From: an uncultured Fibrobacterota bacterium
GTDB lineage: Bacteria; Fibrobacterota; OXYB2-FULL-49-7; CAYNYI01
DNA length: 29,517 nt
Direction: 5' to 3'
Assembly (NCBI GenBank): GCA_964401455.1
Contig: CAYNYI010000026.1
Span: forward strand, 1-29,517
In this document: in pieces, positions 25,278 through 29,517 of the stretch
Numbering within the stretch: the first letter of the stretch is position 1
How the letters are laid out: every line of letters begins with the position of its first letter
The notes under the pieces: model-generated
What the model saw: the letters and a program-made list of their open reading frames with translations, nothing else
Told to the model about the DNA's origin: nothing
Databases searched by the model: none
Program-made: the position numbers and the translations under genes

Positions 25278-28200
25278 TTATTCATCCATGATATTTCTTA
25301 TTATTTCTGAAAAATCTTTTCTGTTAAGCGGTTTTAAATAAAAACCCTTGATTCCTTCTTTTCGGGCTTTTTCTTCGTTGACGCTTCGGCTGTAGCCGGT
25401 GCAGAGAATAATCGGCGTTCCGGGACGTATTTTTAATATTTCCCGTGACATTTCCAAACCGGTCATGTTCGGCATTGTCTGATCTGTTATTACGAGGTCA
25501 TATTCAGCGGGGTTTTCTCTGAAGGACTCCAGCGCTTTTTCGCTGTTGTTGAAGCTTTTAACTTTATAGCCCAGTTCCGTAAGCATTGATGAGACCATAT
25601 CGGTCAGTATTTCCTCATCGTCAACAAAGAGTATGCTTTCTGTTCCGCCGATAAGCTCGCATTTGGGTTCTTTTGCTATATCCAGAGAAGCGTTTGTTTT
25701 AGGCAGAAAGACTTTAAAAACAGTTCCCGACTCATCGCCGCTTTCCACAGTTATATTTCCCTTGTGGCTTTGGATGATTCCAAAGACTACTGCCAGCCCC
25801 ATACCGGTGCCTTCACCGGGTTCCCGGGTAGTGAAGAAGGGTTCAAATATCCTCGGCATCAGTTCTTCCGGAATACCGTTCCCGTTATCTTTTACGGTGA
25901 GTACGGAATAAAAGCCCGGCTTTGAAACCCCCGCGCGTCCTTCCCATTCCCGGTCAAAATATTCATCCGCGAAGCCTATTTCAAGAAGTCCTTTTTCATT
26001 CATGGCGCTCGAAGCGTTTGTGCAGAGATTCATCAGTATCTCATGAATTTTTGTGGGGTCGGCCAAAACCGGTTTGTCTTCCCTGGCGAGATTTGTTTTG
26101 ATTTCAATAGAAGAAGGCAGGCTTGCCTTAAGCAGGTGCACCGCCTCTTTTATTATGGGTCTTATGTATATTGGACTGAGCTCTTCGGGGCCCTGACGGC
26201 TGAAAAGCAGGATCTGGTTTACAAGCTCTTTGGCCCTGTTGCCCGATTCTTTAATACGAAGTATGTTTTTTTCCATACGGCTCCCCGGAGAAACCATGCT
26301 GAGAGATATTTCGGAAAACCCGATTATACCGGCCAGTATATTATTGAAATCATGGGCTATTCCGCCGGCGAGGTGCCCTATCGCCTCCATTTTCTCGGAC
26401 TGGCGGAGCTGTTTTTCAAGCTGGATTTCTCTTGAAATATCCCGTTTTACGGCAACAAAATTTACAATTTTTCCGGCTGGAGAACGCACCGGAGAGATAA
26501 CGCATTCTTCGGTATAAAAAGACCCGTCTTTCTTTCTGTTGACCATTCGGCCGGTCCATGTATTACCGGAAAGGATTGTTTCCCAAAGCTGTTTATAAAA
26601 AAAGCGGTCCTGTTCTCCGCTTTTCAATATCCGCGGATTCTTACCGATGGCTTCTGTCTCTTTGTATCCGGTAGTATTCTCGAAGGCGGGATTTACATAT
26701 TGGATTTTTCCGTCTGTGTCGGTGATAACAATGGTCCCCGCCGCCTGGTTTATGGCGGAAGTAAGCCGAATACTTTCTCCTTCGGCTTTTTTACGGGTTG
26801 AGATATCGAAAGCCATCGCCAATATAACCTGTTTTCCGTCGAGAAAAATTCCGCATAGATGGATTTCGGCAGGATAGCTGGAGCCGTCTTTTCTAATATG
26901 TTTTCCCTCAAGGACTTCAGACCTGCCGACTCTCAGGTAGTTCCAAAGCTTTTCACGGTCTTTTCTATCGAGGCTTTCAGGGTCTAAATCATAGACAGAC
27001 ATTTCTGAGAGTTCGGTTTTTGTATAGCCGGTATTTTTGGAAGCGGCGGTATTCACAAGCACAAATTTTCCGTCAAGGTCATGCGCAAATACAGCCACAG
27101 GTAAATCTTCTATGATTGTTTTAAAGCGGGTTTCGCTTTCTTTAAGCTGTTTGAGCGTTTTCCTTCTTTCTGTAATATCTCTCATTGTTCCCGAGATTTT
27201 GAGGGTCTTGTTCTCTTTGGAGATTACTACCGAGGCTGTTATTGAACAGTATCTGGATTCCCCGGATTTGTCTTTAAGATTTACTTCATAGTCTGTCACT
27301 TTACCTTCCAGAGAAAAGGCCTTGAGAAGATTCGCTCTCTCTTCCGGGTCCCGGTATATTTTTTCAAGAGAAGCCCCGAGCAGTTCTTCTCTTTTATATT
27401 CAGAAATACTTTCAATAGAGGGGCTGATTTCCAGTATTCTTCCGTCCAGAGAGGCTTCATAATATACATCCTGAATATTCTCAAAAATTTGACGGTATTT
27501 TGCCTCCGTCTTTTTCAGCATTTCTTCAGCCTTCTTTGCCTCGGAGACATCCATATGCGTGCCGCACATTCTTAAGGGATTCCCGTTTTCATCTCTCTCT
27601 ATGATTTTGCCTTTATCCAGTATCCATACCCAAGACCCCGATTTATGCCTGAGACGATGCTCGGAAGAGTAGATTTCAATTCGTCCCTCAAGATGCTGCT
27701 GCAGAAGGTCCTTGACACGGGCTTCATCATCGGGGTGCAGAAGGTTTTCCCATGAGCTTATATCAGACTTTATCTCCTCAAGAGAATAACCCTGCATTTC
27801 AGCCCATCTTTCGCTGAAAACAACCCTTCCGGAAGTAATATCCCAGTCCCATGTACCAAGTTCGCCCGCCCTCAGGGCCAAATCCTTTCTTTCCTCTGAT
27901 TCTCTAAGTTCCTCGCGTATTCTATATTCTTCTGTTACATCCCTGAAAACCAGAACAACACCTTTTATTGATCCCGGTTCGTCTTTTATTGGGGCCGCGG
28001 AATCGGCAATCTGGAATTTTTCTCCGCTTTTGGAAATGAGTACGGTATGGTTTGCAAGACCTATGATTTTCTTTGTTTCCAGCACTTTCTTAACCGGATC
28101 TTCAGAAGGCAGCCCGGTTTTCGCGTTTATTATCCGGAATACTTCTGTGAGAGGCTTGCCTGAGGCTTCGGCCACGGACCATCCTGTCAGTTTTTGTGCG

Positions 28201-29384
28201 ACCCTGTTCATTTTGACTACATTGCCGTTTATATCCGTTGAAATAACCGCGTCGCCGATAGAATTCAGAGTAATACGCAAATTTTCTTCATTGGCGCTTA
28301 GTTTGTCCTGAATTTCTTTTCTTTTGGAAATGTCTCTTATTACAGAACTAATTCCCTGCGGATTTCCTTTTGTGTCTCTGTTTACGCTTACAGTCATTTC
28401 TACCGGAAACCGTTTACCATGCGCGGTTACTCGCTCTGTTTCAAATGGGGAGCGGGCGGTCCTGTTTTCAAGGGCTTTTTTTAACAATTTCTTTTGAGAG
28501 AAGAGCAGTTCCTCAGGGCAGAAACGTGAAATGTTTGTGCCGATGACCTCTTCTGCGCGACACTCAAAAAGTTTTTCCGCCCCCGGGTTAAAAAGCGTAA
28601 TTTTTCCGCTTAGATCAGAGGCCACTATTCCATCGCTTGTTTCAGAAAGGACGGTCTCGAATTTTTCTCCGGCTTCTCTTCGTTTATTTTCATTATCGAT
28701 TGACCACAGAGCATAGCTGATGTCCCCGGCCACCTCTTCAAAAAGTTCGTGTTCGGTAAGGTCATCGGCGTATTTACGCGGAACCGAAACACTAAGCCAG
28801 CCGAATATGATATTTTCATGTTCGAGTCTTATTGTTAGGCCGCTTCTGTCTTTATACTCCGGAGAAAGAGGACAGTCTCCGCATTCTGAATGTGGGTGGC
28901 GTATAATTTTTATTCCGCTGCGGCCGAGGGTCTCCGCCGCGCAAAGCGGTATTTTTCCGGAGTTTAGATTTTTTGCCATTTTCTCAAATTCTGATTTTCT
29001 GAGTCCGGCATAGTAAAAGGGTCCGTAAGATTTTTCTTTTTCTGTGAGGACGGCCCATGCGTTAAAAAAACCGCGGTTTTCCACAAGAAGCCGGCAGGCT
29101 TCTTTAAGGAGTTTGTGTTTATCTTTCTCATGTGTTATAAGCTGGTTTACATTTCTTATTCCCGAAAGGAGTTTGTTCTGATGTCCAAGCTTGCGGGAAA
29201 GCTCGTTTTTATGTCTTAAAAAAATCTGTATGAGAAAAGAAGCGAAAAGCGCGACAATAATGTACATCACCCTCATAAACACTTCATGAGGGTTTCTGCC
29301 AATTAGTATGTCCGGCCAGAAATCCCGGCCAGATTCGTTGAATAATATGTATTCTGTTAAGGCATCAGTCAGCCACAGAAGCAC
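25278..29384 (-). CDS. Large membrane-anchored multi-PAS hybrid sensor histidine kinase: 1 TM, multiple PAS/PAC domains, HisKA, HATPase and a receiver.
   Basis: 1368 aa. H-box [27 protein letters not shown]…GEGTGMGLAVV. Receiver ILFVDDEE…LVITDQTMP…K. At least six PAS-like repeats. N-terminal hydrophobic helix VMYIIVALFASFLIQIFL. The start is GTG at 29384; internal ATGs at about 29276 or 29267 are alternatives. The frame is closed by a TAA at 29507..29505. Confidence 0.9.
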   Translation of the reverse strand: MLLWLTDALTEYILFNESGRDFWPDILIGRNPHEVFMRVMYIIVALFASFLIQIFLRHKNELSRKLGHQNKLLSGIRNVNQLITHEKDKHKLLKEACRLLVENRGFFNAWAVLTEKEKSYGPFYYAGLRKSEFEKMAKNLNSGKIPLCAAETLGRSGIKIIRHPHSECGDCPLSPEYKDRSGLTIRLEHENIIFGWLSVSVPRKYADDLTEHELFEEVAGDISYALWSIDNENKRREAGEKFETVLSETSDGIVASDLSGKITLFNPGAEKLFECRAEEVIGTNISRFCPEELLFSQKKLLKKALENRTARSPFETERVTAHGKRFPVEMTVSVNRDTKGNPQGISSVIRDISKRKEIQDKLSANEENLRITLNSIGDAVISTDINGNVVKMNRVAQKLTGWSVAEASGKPLTEVFRIINAKTGLPSEDPVKKVLETKKIIGLANHTVLISKSGEKFQIADSAAPIKDEPGSIKGVVLVFRDVTEEYRIREELRESEERKDLALRAGELGTWDWDITSGRVVFSERWAEMQGYSLEEIKSDISSWENLLHPDDEARVKDLLQQHLEGRIEIYSSEHRLRHKSGSWVWILDKGKIIERDENGNPLRMCGTHMDVSEAKKAEEMLKKTEAKYRQIFENIQDVYYEASLDGRILEISPSIESISEYKREELLGASLEKIYRDPEERANLLKAFSLEGKVTDYEVNLKDKSGESRYCSITASVVISKENKTLKISGTMRDITERRKTLKQLKESETRFKTIIEDLPVAVFAHDLDGKFVLVNTAASKNTGYTKTELSEMSVYDLDPESLDRKDREKLWNYLRVGRSEVLEGKHIRKDGSSYPAEIHLCGIFLDGKQVILAMAFDISTRKKAEGESIRLTSAINQAAGTIVITDTDGKIQYVNPAFENTTGYKETEAIGKNPRILKSGEQDRFFYKQLWETILSGNTWTGRMVNRKKDGSFYTEECVISPVRSPAGKIVNFVAVKRDISREIQLEKQLRQSEKMEAIGHLAGGIAHDFNNILAGIIGFSEISLSMVSPGSRMEKNILRIKESGNRAKELVNQILLFSRQGPEELSPIYIRPIIKEAVHLLKASLPSSIEIKTNLAREDKPVLADPTKIHEILMNLCTNASSAMNEKGLLEIGFADEYFDREWEGRAGVSKPGFYSVLTVKDNGNGIPEELMPRIFEPFFTTREPGEGTGMGLAVVFGIIQSHKGNITVESGDESGTVFKVFLPKTNASLDIAKEPKCELIGGTESILFVDDEEILTDMVSSMLTELGYKVKSFNNSEKALESFRENPAEYDLVITDQTMPNMTGLEMSREILKIRPGTPIILCTGYSRSVNEEKARKEGIKGFYLKPLNRKDFSEIIRNIMDE

Positions 29385-29517
29385 ACCCGAGCAAAAGCCT
29401 GCCGCGTAAACAGATTTGGTTCCGTTAAGTATATTGGAACGAATGTTGATAAAAGAAATAAAAATGAGCCGGTCTGATTTTTTGTAACAGTTAAAAGACT
29501 TTTTTTAAGTGGCTCCA

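Noticed and set aside
1-29517. CRISPR arrays, tRNA/rRNA genes, IS elements/transposases, integrases and toxin-antitoxin pairs.
   Set aside because: No periodic direct repeats, no ~75-nt GC-rich cloverleaf-capable intergenic segments and no DDE, HUH or tyrosine-recombinase motifs appeared in any of the six-frame translations I read.

Overview
The window is about 29.5 kb of bacterial DNA at roughly 42-45% GC with no rRNA, tRNA, CRISPR or transposase genes. A C-terminal T9SS sorting domain on one protein, together with strong Shine-Dalgarno sites and TTGACA/TATAAT-type promoters, points to an FCB-group bacterium outside classical Bacteroidetes. Five loci lie in order.
(1) 255-8771, + strand: a tight five-gene operon with overlapping stop/start codons. 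It encodes an unusual PHP-phosphoesterase/GT4 glycosyltransferase fusion, an unrecognised 581-aa protein, two paralogous GT28 glycosyltransferases of the MGDG-synthase/UgtP family, and a signal-less GH20 beta-N-acetylhexosaminidase. I read it as a glycolipid (glycosyl-diacylglycerol) biosynthesis and remodelling cluster.
(2) 8.8-16.2 kb: an accessory carbohydrate region carrying several reading-frame anomalies. These are a degenerate sulfatase remnant (frameshift, lost catalytic Cys/Ser, internal deletions) and a protein with a signal peptide, a VIT domain and a T9SS C-terminal domain that is split by an A-run frameshift. An intact GH4 glycosidase and an AraC regulator are transcribed divergently. 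An NTP-transferase/APH-kinase pair on the minus strand has a frameshift at an A7 run, and the kinase N-terminus lies behind a GGAGGAGG SD with no ATG/GTG/TTG available (candidate AUU/AUA start overlapping the upstream stop).
(3) 16.2-22.6 kb: a YtrA-type GntR regulator with a perfect-consensus sigma70-like promoter, followed by an SPFH/band-7 membrane protein, an MMPL/RND-superfamily exporter, a periplasmic LolA-like protein and an outer-membrane beta-barrel. This is a candidate envelope-spanning lipid export module.
(4) 22.8-29.4 kb: two convergent, paralogous PAS-rich hybrid sensor histidine kinases with Cys-rich sensory segments.
All family assignments rest on reading conserved motifs in the supplied translations; no searches were run.
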